Assembly: GCF_009914755.1 (NCBI RefSeq)
Contig: NC_060934.1
Reading direction: 5' to 3' (one strand)
DNA from: the human T2T-CHM13v2.0 reference genome, Homo sapiens
Length of the DNA stretch: 64,000 nt
Of the stretch, positions 24,546-38,959 are shown one piece after another (position 1 is the first letter of the stretch; every line of letters begins with the position of its first letter). Under the pieces are notes generated by a model. It did not search any database. It saw only the letters and a program-made list of their open reading frames with translations, and was not told the origin of the DNA. The translations under genes were made by a program, and so were the position numbers.

Positions 24546-27500
24546 ATTTCATGCATAGTCTGTGCTACATCTTTCTTGGAGAAGCAGCTTTGTTTTCCTG
24601 TGCCCATTCTGTGAGTGGAAATGCCTTCGAAGTTTACTTTTTAGCGAGCTTAACAGAGTAGTCTTCAGGTTAGTCAGTGAAATTGTGTCGACTTCTGAAT
24701 TCAGAGTTGTGAACATCAGCACTTAGACCACTCTTCCACTCCTTTGCTTTGAGCCCAGTCGGTGATTAAATATAGCATCTTTTGCTGTGGATTCAGAGCT
24801 CTGTCTCAGAATCCTTTTAATCACAGCTCGCATCTACTGGGTGACTAGAGTTGGCTCTCAAGATGAAATCTCTTTATTCTCCTTGGTCCAGTGTGTGTAG
24901 ACCTCTGACAATGCAGGAAGTTGGGGGAGTGGTGGAGTATAGAGAAACAGATTCCTACCCAAGACGGCTTCTCGGCTAAACTAAAGAAATTGGGAAGCAA
25001 GCATGAGAACCCATGATGGGAAGTCATTCCTGGGTAGGGGTTAGTTTGGGTTTCATCAGGGTATTTCAAATCATCAGAATGACTCTGTTTTAACTATGCC
25101 GTGCCATCTTGTGGGTACACAGAATGCCGTGGAAGATAGGTGGAAATGATTTAAGACATTTGACTTTTCAACAAATACATATTTGAAAGCCAGTGGTCTT
25201 TTGCATAACCATTTTGTTCTGGCTCCAATCTGAGACTGTTTGTAATTTACAGTATGTGACATTAGCCTTTGGACCAAACAGTTTCAAAGCCATCCAAGCT
25301 CTGGGAATTGTCATCTAGTGCCCTGCTTAGCTTTCTGCTCTGAGCATCTTTGAAGACCGGGTAGGTGTTGGGGAGTGGGGTCTGTGTGGGGATGGAGAGG
25401 AATTCTGTATGTGATGACACAGAGAAGGATTTAGTTTTTATATATGTATACGTACATTATAAGCATAATGTATGTGTAATTTCTGTGTAGTTTATAAGGC
25501 AATTATTATTCCAAAGGTGCCCAACTTAAGATTTACAATAAGAATGTGGCAAAGGAGAAAAGTATATTAAGATTTGGGGTTTCATAATACATTATTCAAA
25601 AACAGCTGTGGTCAAGTCCCTTGACTTTTACAATGGAAAAATAGAGTCTCTGGTGATGGATTATTAGGGATTCTGGGTGAATTCTGGAACCTGGATCTTT
25701 AGAATGCAAGCAGCCCTGCCGAGGTGCTGGGCTCATCTCTGTGTTCCCCAGCTCCATTCCATTATGCACAAAGGTCCTTTTCTAGGTGACATATCATGTT
25801 GTATTCCAAAGTACACTTTCTTTTAATTTACAACTTAATTTTCAACCTAATTCAGAAGATTGATACTATAATGCTATTTGCAGAAGTATTGAAATGTCAG
25901 TAAGTTTTATTGTAGTAATAAAGAGTATTCCATATATCACACACTCTATAGGGATCCTTGCTTTTTGCATAGATCTTCGTAGCAACAACCAGTGGCTAAA
26001 TGCTGGCAATCATTAATTTTTAAAGAAGACGTGGTTATGACGAGTTGAGGAATTAAGGCTGGTGGTGAAGAATGAACTTTAATTTTTTGACACTTTTTTT
26101 TGGGGTTGCCTACTAAGGTGAGGTGACGGCAAGATTATAAAAAATGGCCCAAATCCCAGGTTCCTAATACTTAAAATGCTGTCTGCTCATAAAAAGATTT
26201 TAGTCGGGGAGAGGCCATCTTTGAACTCCTCGTAACAAATGGGTATCAGTGGCCCATGAAATAATCAATGCCACTAATCCATCCTAGGGCCTGCCAATAT
26301 GTTAATGGCCCTGGTGCATCGTTATTGCTACAAGACCATAAATCATTCTGGTACCAGAATGCATTGCTGTTGAGGCCTCAAACCCCTCACTTGGAATAAA
26401 ATTCTGTCTCCTAACAATTAATGTCCAAACATTTTGCAGCTTTGTACCTTGATTGTTTTCAGATGCTAAAAAAGTAAGTAGGACAGATTGTAAATCAATA
26501 AAACTATAAGACAAAGTGTTTTAATAATAGAAAGATTCAGAGTAAATCATAGTTCTATGTTTATTATTGCTTTTGGGCTTATAAATGAAGAGTTACTTTC
26601 TACTCCCCAGCAAGTCTACCAGGTTAACATGGGGGCACCAAGTCCAGGGCTAACCTCCGTGAATGGGGTTTCCTTCTGTTGTGTTACCCTGAGAAGCAAA
26701 AACTGGCCAACTGGAGCCACAAATCTGACTCTGTATGGTAGGGCGATGTTTAGTATATGGCGGATCTGTTTTGGGGTCAGTTAAATGAGGGAGTTTTCTG
26801 TTGGAAACAGCAAAAGTAGCTCAGCATAAAATGGTTTCTTTGGCAGCAGCAGGCTTTGGATAGGCAGTATGATGAGATGTCAGTGTGTGATTAATTATTT
26901 GGCTGTGGTGACATAGGTGATGAAATCACTTTAAAACAGGAGCCAAGTTGGTTTGAGTTGCCTAGGAGTTTCTACTCATATTTCTTTTCATTAACTTATA
27001 TAGCCTGGGAGGTCAACTTTGGTCATATAAATACCTGTGCTGAACTATAGGCAACCCAAGAGGAACTCATTTAGGAAACAGAGTTGCATCCAATTGATCT
27101 GATTCCCTTTGGTCAGTGTCAATTTAGTCTTCTATTGAAGGTGTTGAGAAACACGATGGGAAGTCATTAACTCTACTTTGTATAGACAAAGCTTATTTGT
27201 GCCCATTATGGTGTTACTTGTTCTACAACTGTACCTTTGGCATGTGCCCCTGGGCATTAATGAAGGTTAGATCTTCAGCCTGGAAGTGTGAGCTTGCCAT
27301 TTGCTTGGGAGCAGCCTGTCCAAGGGAAACAGCCTGAGGAGCCTGCCATGAACTGGCTGGTGAGCTGGAATCCCACCATGAATGGAACTGGGGACATTTA
27401 ACCCAGGCTGAGCCCATTTTCCATGGCAGGCTGAATGTTGTGATGAACCAAGAAAGTAGACAACTGCATGGTAACAGAGCAGAATGTGGGGTCTTTGATA

Positions 27501-28649
27501 CCGTTAGCTTTTAGATCACTATGACGTTGAAAGACATCGTGATCCCACACAAACATTATGTATTGTCACAGTCCCAAACACTATTCAGCAACTGTCATGC
27601 AGCAGGAGAAGGAGGGGGCTCTTGGCCTCTGACAGGACACCACTGTCTTGCAGTTGTGTGTCCCCAGTGCCCAGCTCCAATGGGTGTTCATAGTTTATTT
27701 TGGGGCTCAGGAAATAGAACAGGAAAAGGCCGGAAAGACAGTGGCTCCATATAGACAGAAAGACAATTAAAACTGATATGACTCTTAACAGAAGTGGCAA
27801 GAGCAGGCAGGATGGAAGTAATTTATTCAACGAATTGTCCAAATACATAAAATTGCACTGATGTATGGTGTAGCGGTGGGACAGTGGAAAATTTGATAGT
27901 TGTTTCCGTTGTGTGAATTACTCAGACAGGATGCCTTTGTGAAGTATGGGGGTTTGTTTAATGTTCTGACAACAATTTAGATCCTGTTATGGTTATTGCA
28001 GTGTAATGCCGTAGTAAAAATTGAACATGACACACCAGCAATTTATTATTTGTATGTTTTTTAACCTTGAGTATCGGATTGTTTGTCCAAGCATATCCTT
28101 TGATTTGCTATGAAATTTATTGTTGATAAAAACAATCAGATTTCCATTAGATGCAAAAAATTATTATTTTTTTTGCCATGAACCATAGATTTAGGGAAGA
28201 AAAATTCAGACTAGGGTACAGGACTTATGACAGGTAGACTCATGACATTATATGGTAATTCAGCATGAAAGAATAATTGTGACACTCTACTTGGTTGTGG
28301 AGTATAATCGTGCTGTGAGGTTCAATTCACTGAAAGGCCAAATTATCTTCAACTACATTAGTCTGACAACCTATAATGCTCTGCAGAGGCAATTTGTAGA
28401 CGTTTCACAGAGTGCCAGCAAAACAGGGCTCCCCATTATGCCACCCATTAACAAATTTGTATAGAGAAAAAAGTAACTTTTCCATTTTCCTGACTGTTTT
28501 CAAGCTTTACAACATAATAAATATCTAATAGTAGTATTTGCATTGCCATTTACTCTCTTAGTTTCAAAATTTATCTGAGGTATGGGAAGAGACATTTCTC
28601 TCTTAAGCTATGTAGCCTAAGAAATATTGATATTTTCTTTGACTTAAGC

Positions 28650-28830
28650 AATGGCGTGGTGCAGGGGAGAAAGCGCAGGATTCAGAGGCCCCCACACCTT
28701 TGTCTTGCCGGCTTTTCTGTTCTTCCTCACTTTGGACTTCAGTTGCCCCATCTCTAAATGGAAAATTGTAATACGCTCATCTAAGAATCTCAGCGAGTGG
28801 GTTAAGCTAAAGGGTTCTTCATATTCTTCT
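28650..28830 (+). mobile_element. MIR fragment
   Basis: ggcgtggtgcaggggagaaagc..ggacttcagttgccccatctctaaatgg. Confidence 0.55.
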
Positions 28831-31800
28831 AGCCACTGTAAAAACAATTATATTGGAGAAGTTCCAGCATAGGAGAGTGTCGGCTGTTTTGTATTGCTGG
28901 TTTTAGGAGTGGACCCACAAGATGGACAAGTGTGATTCTCAGCCCTGTGTTGCTTGGTTGCACCTGTCTCTAGATGCCTGTCTCCAGAACCAAATCCAGG
29001 GCTATGCCAAAATGAATTATTTTACTGTTATCATCTCAAATATCGAATATGCACCTTGATTTTTCTCTAAAGAATGAAAAAGCTACTCCTGTGCTGTGGA
29101 AATTTAGGGACACAATGTATTTGATGATTGTTTTGGAAAATCGTTATTCATAAACCATATCAGATGAATTGTGAAAATGTTGGTTATCTGTACAGGTATT
29201 TCTGCTTGTGAGGAAATGCAAAGCTGTATGGCTAAATGTCCTAAATATTTATAGAATTTTTATATTTTCACCCAGATTTTTGGGAACTGGAGAATCCAAT
29301 CCCCTTTTTTCCCAAAGGCCAGTGCCACTTTTATTGTTGTTCTTTCAAAACAAAATTATTCCTGTAATCCACCGGTTATTTTCTGCAGTAGCCACTACTG
29401 GATCAAAATGGAGTTTACAGGGTAATAAGTTTGCTCAGAGAGGCTGGGACAGCAGAAGTGGCCTGAGGGGCCGAGCCCCGCTCTTCTTTGTCTCCTCTAG
29501 TCAAAGGGTCCTTTAAAAGGTCTCATACCTTGGGAGCAAATGGGCCTGGAGATGAATCAATCTGTTTCTGGTAATTGATTTATAATTTATGATTTTATGA
29601 ATCGTCAAACTTCCTACATCGTTTTTGAGTAGCGTTGTGTAAATCACTCTGTGTCACACGATGAGTTGAGTCCCAATGTCAGAGACTGACCCTTCATTAT
29701 GACAGGCCATTAGGTCTCACACCTGCTGCTTTCAGGGGAGGTAATGGCTTTTCTTAAGGATAGATTTGGATTCAGCCCTCCCTATTAGAATCTGAGATGC
29801 AATATTGTTTTGGCTGTTCCTGTGTAACTTAGTCTAAATTCAAGCCATAAGAAAAAGTAAAACATTAATCTTAATAATCATTTCCAAGGACTGTATCTAC
29901 CTTGCCTGTTTGACTGGGTGGGAGGGCTTTTGCCTTATTATTCAAGCCTTTTTATTTCAGCAAAACTTAGGAGACATTTCTAGAACCCTAGAGTAGAGAT
30001 GTTGGATCAGTGGTCATAAGTTGAAAAAGAATGTGTGTGTATGCATCTCCTGCCCTATGACCAGGTGCCCTATCCCCTAGGGAGTGGGATTTCCAAATGT
30101 GTGGCTCTTATCTCCAAGGGGACCGTGAAGAGAGTGTAAGTAGTTTAGTGCAATCAGTCAACACTACTGGAAAAATGTACCTAAAGTTTACATGCTTCAG
30201 AGGGGAGTTAATCACCTCTTCCCTGGTATAAAAGATGCCCTGTATGTGGAAGGCATGGATGAAAGCAGGAAGGGCCCTGTTAACTGGGGAGACACATTAA
30301 GCATGGAATGCCATTACAGTGGGGGAAAATTCATAAGGAGAAGAACGAAAGTTGCAGTTGGGGTTGGTGGTGAGTGGGGGTAATAGATTGTTTTGCAGGT
30401 CTGGTGTCCCAGTGGTATAGTTAAGGACAAGCTAGAGTGTTCATGTTTACACATAATGCTCTCCCATGTAATTTTGGCTGAACTGTTGCTGACTTACTTA
30501 GCATCCATAGGTGAGCCACCTGCAGAAAGGGCATGCAGGTAGATTATTGTTGACTTTATGGTTATAGAACCTAGCTAATCAGTGTGCCTGCTGGGCTATA
30601 ACTTGTTATGCCTGAGTGGTTTTTACACCAGGTCTTACGATTTCTTACTGGCAAAAGGGAAAAACACTCATTTCTCATGGCCATGGCCCCTACTGGGAGG
30701 GAAGCACTCATCTCATGTAGAGGAAAAATACAGTGGTAAAACTCATGATACAGAGGTTTCTGGAGTGTTTGAAATATGACCAATATGCCTACTTAGCCTT
30801 CCTTTGGAGGACTGTGCGGTTTCACAGAATGCAAGCCCTCATAGCCTAATGAGATAAGCCGGCCATGGCTAGGAAGTCTACTACTTGCTGTGTTCTAGGA
30901 TTTTTGAGACATCCTCAGTCCCTGCCCACATCCAACAAGTTGGAGAGCCAGTTATGGGTACAATGATACACTCATGATCATTCTTCCTTTAGAGCTTGAG
31001 TTACTTTCAGATGTGGAGGAGATTTTCCTTCTGCTGTTTTTCTCAGTGTCTGATTATGCAAGGTTCTAGTCCACATAGAGGCCAGCACATGGTGCCTATT
31101 AAGTACTACCTTACAAATTGCTTTCACCTTTGACGTTCCCAGTAAAGGTCACTGGTTAATTTTGCATTGTGTGTGGCCTGTTTCGCTAGCTTTAGCTGGC
31201 TTTCCTCCCTTGAATAATTTTGTGAGCAATGTCCCTGGCGTTCGGGTTCTAGCTTGCTTCTCTGGTATTTATCTTTGCCATCCTTCACCTGATTTTTCTT
31301 CTCTGCGGTGATGCTGTGTGCATGTTTCTGTGGGATGGAATCTCGATCAGTTAAAAAGCGTAGGAGATATGAAAGGTCAGCATGACAAATCTGTCCTCTG
31401 AGCGTGTGTATGTGTGTTTGGGTAGCTGAGCTCAGCTGACCAGGGAAGACAAATAGGGAATGTGAAGAGGGCTGCCTCAACAGCCTTTAAGTTAGAAACA
31501 AAATATCTATTGCATGGAATATGAGTGTTAGGGCATCATATTAGAAATTCACAAGACTGATATTCTTGTCTTCATTTGGAAAGGTCACAGGCTTTATTTG
31601 CAGTAAGATATGCATATGCTTATCGCTTGCTTTTATTTTCTCTTTTAAAATGTGTATTATATACCTACACTGTGTATATTTTACAGATGCTTATTTTAAC
31701 CAGTAACCATGTTCTTTAACGTGACAATGCAAAAAATATCTTCAGATATGATTTTAGCAAGTTATTTTACATAACAAAGAAGATGATAATCTGTGGGTAT

Positions 31801-32089
31801 TTCTGTTTCCCTCAGTTAATTCCTTTTCTATTTATATTTTGTGCAGCTGAGAAAGGACATTTCTAGTGATGATTTGAAGCTTTTCTAATTTAATTTTATT
31901 GTTGTATACTTGTCTTCACTAAAAATGCTAATATCTGTAAGAAGCTGTGGCTTACCTTTTAGTTTGCTTCATTAGATGGCTTTGTTTCCTGAAGTTACCC
32001 AATTTTGGGGAATCATCTGACTCAAATTTGCATTCAGGCCATCTTTGATTTTTTTCCCCTTAATAAAGGGAAAAAGGGAAAGAGAACAT

Positions 32090-32320
32090 ATTTTTTTGAG
32101 TGGCTACGTTTAGCCAGACACTGAATTATTCATTATTTCATTTAGTTTTCATAACAACCCTCTGGGGGATATTATGATCCCAATTTCACAGATGAGGAAA
32201 CTGAGGTTTAGAGAGGTTCCCAACTTTGCCAGAAGACACACAGCCAGCCATCAGTGAAATGGGTATAGAAATGTTGGTTTGACTGCAAAGCCTGTGCTTT
32301 TTTCCATGACACTAAACTGC
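32090..32320 (-). mobile_element. MIR SINE, near full length
   Basis: cataacaaccct..cacagatgaggaaactgaggtttagagaggtt..tttgactgcaaagcctgtgct. Confidence 0.85.
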
Positions 32321-32526
32321 ATAATCTTCCTCCTAAACACACAGCATCTCTAGCTACAGTAGAAAAGTGATCCCCAAATAACAATAACCCAGACCAACAG
32401 TGATGAGTGCATTATATTGAAAAATGATAGGGATTGTACATAAAACCTTACGAAATGGGCTGTCATTAAAAAATGATGTTGCCCTTGAACATTTATCATG
32501 TGCTTAGTTCTGTGCTTGATACGTGG

Positions 32527-32530
<4 letters not shown>

Positions 32531-32574
<44 letters not shown>
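32531..32574. repeat. Perfect (GT)22 microsatellite
   Basis: Directly visible; likely length-polymorphic. Confidence 0.97.
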
Positions 32575-32577
<3 letters not shown>

Positions 32578-33054
32578 AAAGGTGCATATACAGAGGTGGT
32601 AGACACTGGAAAACGTGGTCCACATCCTCAAGAAGGGCAGAAAAGACACATCTGAAACTTGAATGAATGGTGGAAATTCATAAATGAAGAAGGCTGAATT
32701 ACTGTGTGGATCAGGATGCAGGTACTAGGTTAGTTCAGAAGAGACGGAGCACTGGGGAGGAGGCAATGTGATGGGAACCATGAACTCGATCTGAGCCTTA
32801 GAAAAGGGTGAGTTTCAGGTGTTCTAATATGCAGGTGGATGTGCTGTGCTTCTAGGGCTGGGAGGCTTGAAGCTTGTGTGGAGAAAGGGACTTAATGGGA
32901 TGGTGGCTAATGGGGGTTGAGTGTATACTTTTGGGTAGATGGATAAGTTGGTCTGTGTGTGTGTGAGGCAAGAGTGGTGGTCTCCCCCTGCCCGTGGCAC
33001 AGTAGCCATGCTGAGCCCCTCTCATCGTGTCTCAGTCCTGCCCACCTTCTCTCC

Positions 33055-33340
33055 TCTGTGCCTCTGCACATATCACTCTCTCTATTAGCCTCCTGCTCAT
33101 CACCTTCAGGTCCAAGCTAAAAGGCTGCCTTCTCTGGGAAGGCTTTCCTGATTTCCCCATTAAGTCTCACTCCCCCAGCCCTCTCTTTTGCCACATCGCA
33201 GGACTGGTTATATTTTATAACAACTCATGCAGTCGTCTCCCTTACCAGATAGAAAGCTGCTGTGAAGGGAGGACAGTTAGCAGGTACTCGGGCATATAAA
33301 TAGCAGAATCTTGACTGAATTAGCTAATGAATGAGTGAAG
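33055..33340 (+). mobile_element. L2 3' fragment
   Basis: ccttcaggtccaagct..ttctctgggaaggctttcctga..tgaagggagg..aatgaatgagtgaa. Confidence 0.6.
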
Positions 33341-33885
33341 GTGTTTACATTTTATTAGTTAACTAGGGAAAGCCAGGGAGTTCTATGTGTCCACTGAAAT
33401 CTGAAGGAAGGTTCATTTGCTGGTGCATTGGCACAGTAGGGCCTAGTCCCCAAAGAAGACAGATTTCTCACTGGATCGCCAGCTTCATCCTTCATCGTCC
33501 TCTCAGGAGTTCCTGATCTTTCTTTTGGACAACGTGAGCATATTTGGCCATTTTATCTAGACCTAGCAGGGGGCATCCTGAGATGGGAACTCTTTAAGCT
33601 AGTAGATTCTAGAATTACTCAATCACCCTCAATAATTCAAATGTGACTGCTGAAACCAAGAGAGTTTAGTTTCTTGGTGTGGGAAGGGTGTGTGTATGAA
33701 AGGGTATGAAAGTGTGGGAAGGGCAGGCAAAGAAATGGGGTCATGAAAATACTAAGGTGAGGGAGTTTATGTATCTGTGTGGTAGTAACTTCAAATCATG
33801 ATTGAACAAGGACAGGACACTATATGTTGACCCACACCAAACAGTGATAGGATGATTCTGACATCTTGTGCATCTGGCTGGGTTT

Positions 33886-34217
<332 letters not shown>

Positions 34218-34234
34218 TCTGGCTGAGTTTAATG

Positions 34235-34825
34235 TTTCCTAGTGCCATTCTTTTATAACACACCACTAAAAATTCCCTTTCGTATTCTGCCTGAAAGCAC
34301 TGTGACCATTCTTGTTGATGTCCGAATTTAGTGACATGTTTCTTTTTCTTTTTGGGTGGTATGATATGGACTCAAGTTGCTCTATAGAGCACTGACTTTT
34401 TCTTGTTCACGTAGATCTCAAATATATCTCAACACAGATCAACAGATGCACAATGGCCACGACCCCACCATTCACCTCTTCAGTATGGTGACTGATCTGT
34501 CCCTCCCGACCCCCGATGGTGCACAGACACTGGAGATCCTATTCTGGGCAGGGTGCTCTAGCACTCTGAGGACTTTTAAGGTCAGATTTCCCAGCTTACT
34601 GATGAGCGCGTCATATGAGACCAGACAAACAGGACTGCTGCAGTCTGGATGGATTGCATCTATTGCTTTTCTCTCATCCCACTTCCTGTCTCTCATCCTA
34701 CTTCCTGTCACTCCATCATTGAAGGAAATTAAGCTGGCCTGGCCTGGGTTGCTCTTCATAGAACCTGCTGGTTGTTCCCCACACCCTGGGCTTTTTCAGG
34801 TGATTGCAAATTGATTGTCTGATGA
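34235..34825 (-). mobile_element. CR1/L3 LINE reverse-transcriptase fossil
   Basis: ORF 34472-34759 MKSNPGQASLISFNDGVTG..DERKAIDAIHPDCSS..VSYDALISKL aligns to CR1 RT (GFMKGRSCLTNLISFYDRVT..DEGKAVDVVYLDFSKAFDTVSHSILLEKL). Confidence 0.8.
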
Positions 34826-35519
34826 ATTATGCACAAGAGCCACAAACTTTCCTTTGGCACCTTGAGTTTTTTATATGGATCTTAAGCCTTGAACCTTCTT
34901 TTTTTTGAAGAAAGAAAATTAATTATTTTCTTTTTTCTATATAAAATTAAATATATAGGAAACTTGAGAAGGGGCATTTTTTAAGGCTAAGCCCACCTTT
35001 GCTCATACTAATCTATACTTTTTAGCAGTTATTTTTGAGAGAGTGATTTATTTACACTGACAGCTTGTTACTTATGGTAGCTGCTGCCAGCTTCTGAAGT
35101 AATCTGATAACGTCAAAATGTGAAGGGAAGCTATAGGCTTTACCTTGACTGACTTGCTATAAATCATGTACATTGCTGGTGTCTGTATGAGGATGCTTGG
35201 GTTGATACTGATGGAAATACAAATCAAATGCAACACATGGTAACCCAATTCAGAGCTAGAGATTTTGGATTAAGCCTATTGGATTCATATTTTTTAAGTG
35301 AAACAGAGCAGACATACCAGGTTGTGTTTTGAAACTTCACAACTTTCTGATATGGTAACTTCAAGGACAACACCTGCCTTTGAAATGGAAATGCAAAGAG
35401 GTGAAGTCATCATGCACCTTTGGTTCCTTTATTACTTCAACACCCATCTCTGTTTTTTAGCACTTTCTGTGTATCATTATGCCAAGGGAAAGGTATGACA
35501 CTGTTTTAACTATTTATCT

Positions 35520-35645
35520 GTAAATGTGTTTGTCTGTTTAAGCTCCATGAAGTAGAACGTTGTCTTTCTCATCACTATATGCCCAGTGCTTAAGATAGTG
35601 CCTGGCCCACAGTAAATGTTCAATAAATGTTTGTTGAATGAGATT
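35520..35645 (+). mobile_element. L2 3' end
   Basis: aagctccatga..ccagtgcttaagatagtgcctggcccacagtaaatgttcaataaatgtttgttgaatga. Confidence 0.85.
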
Positions 35646-35939
35646 AGGGAGCCCAGAGTTTGAAATTTTAGTGTTGGCAAAACCTTGAAGTCATGCCCCA
35701 GGAAGAAGAAGTCATTCCCATCTCTGGACTCACCATTAAGTCCTCTATAGTCCTTTCTGTAGATTTCTGGTAAAGCATGTTTCATACTGCAAAGTAATTG
35801 CTGATTGACACGTTGGTTTCTTCAACTCTAGCACAAACTCTGATACGATAGAAATGATGTCTGGCTAATTTTGGACTTCCCAGGGCCTGGCACATGGGTG
35901 GCCCTGAATAATTGTTTGTAGTCATAATGTAACAGGATT

Positions 35940-36135
35940 CTTATAAAATCAACTACCTATAGCTTTGTCTTTATATTTTCATAATGACATTGAAAAAATC
36001 CGAAGTATATGCATTAAATTCTAACAGGGATCATTTTGCCAAGTGCTATAGAAGATGATTTTTGTATTATTCCTTTGGATTATCTGCATTTTCTACCTTC
36101 TTTTTATAGTGACTAAGTATTTGTTAAATGAAATA
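35940..36135 (+). mobile_element. Old L1M 3' end fragment
   Basis: aaattctaacaggg..gatgatttt..tctgcattttcta..AT-rich end. Confidence 0.4.
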
Positions 36136-36439
36136 ATAGTAGAGGGAATATTATTTAAGTTTTTTCCCCTAACACTTTTACGTTACCTATGGAAATATGA
36201 ATTTGTGAGTTTTTTTGTGTGTGTGTAATAAATTTTTATCAGTTGGTTCAACCAAATGCATCAGGGGGATTTGCTGAATGATGGAATCCTTTAGTAGATG
36301 GAGCACCGACTCTCAAATGTGGCTTTGGTGTAAATCTGGATACCTAACGACTGGGTATGCTTACAGGGAAGCATGCCTATGTTTGGAAAGGAAGCATCAA
36401 TTGATGCGGAAGACCAAACCATGGGTAGGAATCCTGGGG

Positions 36440-37057
36440 CAAGGTTCGTGCTCTCCTCTAACATTTGCAGATTCTTGGGCAAGAGTACAAATGGAAGCCC
36501 CTATACCATATGTCTAAGTATTTATAAACCAAACTAACAAATGCTAAATAAAATATGCTCTGTTCTTTTATCACGACAGATATACTTTTGTTAATGAATT
36601 GGAAGTCAATTGCAATTTAGAATTCTCCACTTCTTTGGGGAGCTGGAATGTGGCAGCATGGTGAGAGCCTCCCCTGGGTTCTTGACCATCCCCCTTCTCT
36701 GTGCAGCCCTGGCCCTCTCTTGTGTGCTGAGTATCCTCATTGCACATGTGTGTGGATGGGAAATACCACAGCCTGCATGTCCAGACTGCCTATTTGTTCA
36801 CAGCTCACCACGAACAGCCATCCCTCTGGACTAGAATTGCACATATTGGTTGACTTTTGTAGGATGGCTTACTTTTGATAGAGTTCTGGATACCCACAGT
36901 GGAACTTAGAAGGTGGAGGGCACACTGTGGCATGCTCCTGGGCCCTGAGGACTTCTTATCCCATGAGGAGGAGCATGTTGAAAAAAGCTGAGCTGAAAAA
37001 GATTGAGGAGGGTCCAGGGAAGCAGTCTCCTTGCTCAGGCCTGAGAGTATATTGCTG
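36440..37057. mobile_element. hAT-Tip100 DNA transposon fossil (MER115/Zaphod-like)
   Basis: gggcaagagtacaaatggaagcccctataccatatgtctaagtattta..aaataaaatatgctct..atttagaattctc matches recalled consensus. Confidence 0.6.
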
Positions 37058-38694
37058 GTGATACAGAAATGCACTGGGAAGCTAAAGGTTCATGGCTCCA
37101 AATTTAAGGACAAGCCCCATACTTCCTGAATTATAAGCCCAAAGATCACCTTAGATTTAGACCAGTGTTCATAGTAATCCAGTGGTCTCCAATTTCAGTG
37201 TAAGAATGTCTCAGGGGTGGATGAAAATGAATATGTGGGCTATGTAATGATGAACTGCTTGTGTCCCATGTGTTAGTATGACAGCCATGCCCAGGCCTCT
37301 GCCAAGTTTCCAACATCAAAGAGAACATGCATAGAAGGCACTTAGCACAGTGGTGAGCTCTGCATCATTGGTGGCTCCCATTATTGTGATTACTATTATT
37401 CTGAATTGATTCCTGTGTTTTACCATCCAAGAAAGGCCAGTTAGGTTGGGTAATTTTCTGTGGTTTGAGTGAGAATAGGGAAGGAGTTCGTATGGTTCAT
37501 ATTTGCCACTGTCATATTTGTCATGCTTATCTGTCTGCAAAAGGTAAACTGTTCTCCTTCTGTAAACATGCCCTTTATCTCCTTGCCCTAACTTCATGAG
37601 CAAACTCTCTGGCCTTTCTGTATGAGTGCCACAGGTTGACTTTTTTTTCCCACACAGAGCAAACAAAAATGAGTGGGACTTTTTATTGAGATGATAATGT
37701 GGCCTGTTATGGAGGCAGAATGAGAGGTCATGTGTTCATTTCTTACCTTGAAGTTTGCTGCTTCTTGCCGTGCCATTGCTGGAAGGGAAAGGAAGGGGAA
37801 GGGAACCCTCTCCTCAGGAGTTAGCAGAGAGAAGGGAAGCAGTTTTCCCTCATGAGACAGACACATCTTTTAAGGTCTTGTGTCTTTAAGTAGGGTTGGA
37901 GTGGGTTGGGGGATAAAGATGTTGGGGATAATGACAGTTATCTGCATAACACTAGATTTGTCTTTCTAAAGTGGTGGATGAATCATGAAGCCTAAAGGAG
38001 GTGAAGAAATGGACTTTTATCGGTAGTAGCCTACTTGGAAATAGAGAAGTTTTCTTTGAGAAGGAGGCTTCTCAAGCCCTTTCCCTTCAAGATTCTTACC
38101 TTTGCTTGGGCCTCACCCAGCTGTTTCTACTGCGTGGGAGACACAAGGGAGATGGTTATTGGATTTGCATGTTAGTTGAGGAGCCCAAGATGGATAGGCC
38201 CTTTCTTCTGTTGCCATCTGACTGCTCAGGGCTGGAGTGTTCTGTGGTCTTCTAACTCTCCTGCTTGCTTCAAGTGTTATATGTGGTTTGCCAGGATGAT
38301 ATGAACTTGGATATGCAAGAAAAAAATTAAACAATAATAGAGCTGAGTCAAAAGAGAGAAAACATCCAGTAGTTATTGAGAGAGAGAATGAAATCACACA
38401 TGGGCGTAGAGAAAACAATCACCGGAGCCACCATTTAGGAATGAAGCAGAGTTGTCAACCCCTGACATCCCCCGCCATGTTTAGCCTCTGAGGAGGAGTG
38501 AAAAGTCACAGGGTGAGTATTCAGGAGAATTGGACTCTAGTCTGGAAATATCACTTCCTCTCTAGGTCTCGGTCCCTACTGTTTAGACTAGACCTTTCAT
38601 TTCCTTTAAGCTGTAAGAATTTGTTACTCTTAATTATATCAATATATAAGGAATTATTTGGGATTTTGAAAATAAATACATGAGTTACCATGGA

Positions 38695-38800
38695 TTCATG
38701 CATGTGTTCACTTACTCTGTGAATGTTTATTGAGTACCTGCTCTTTGCTAGGCACAATGCTAGTTGCAGAGGACAGGGCAGACCTGGATTCCCCTCTGTG
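38695..38800 (-). mobile_element. L2 3' end
   Basis: tgtttattgagtacctgctctttgctaggcacaatgctag. Confidence 0.7.
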
Positions 38801-38959
38801 GCACCTGCCATCCTGCAGGGAGTCCTGTCCACTCAGTATATGCTAACAAGCCCAGCAGGCTGTGGTATCAGAAAATAGGATGGAGGGAGTGGCCAGGACT
38901 GGGAGAAAAAAATTGAAGAGTTTTAAGACATGTATCAAGCATTTTTGTTTTTAGTTATT

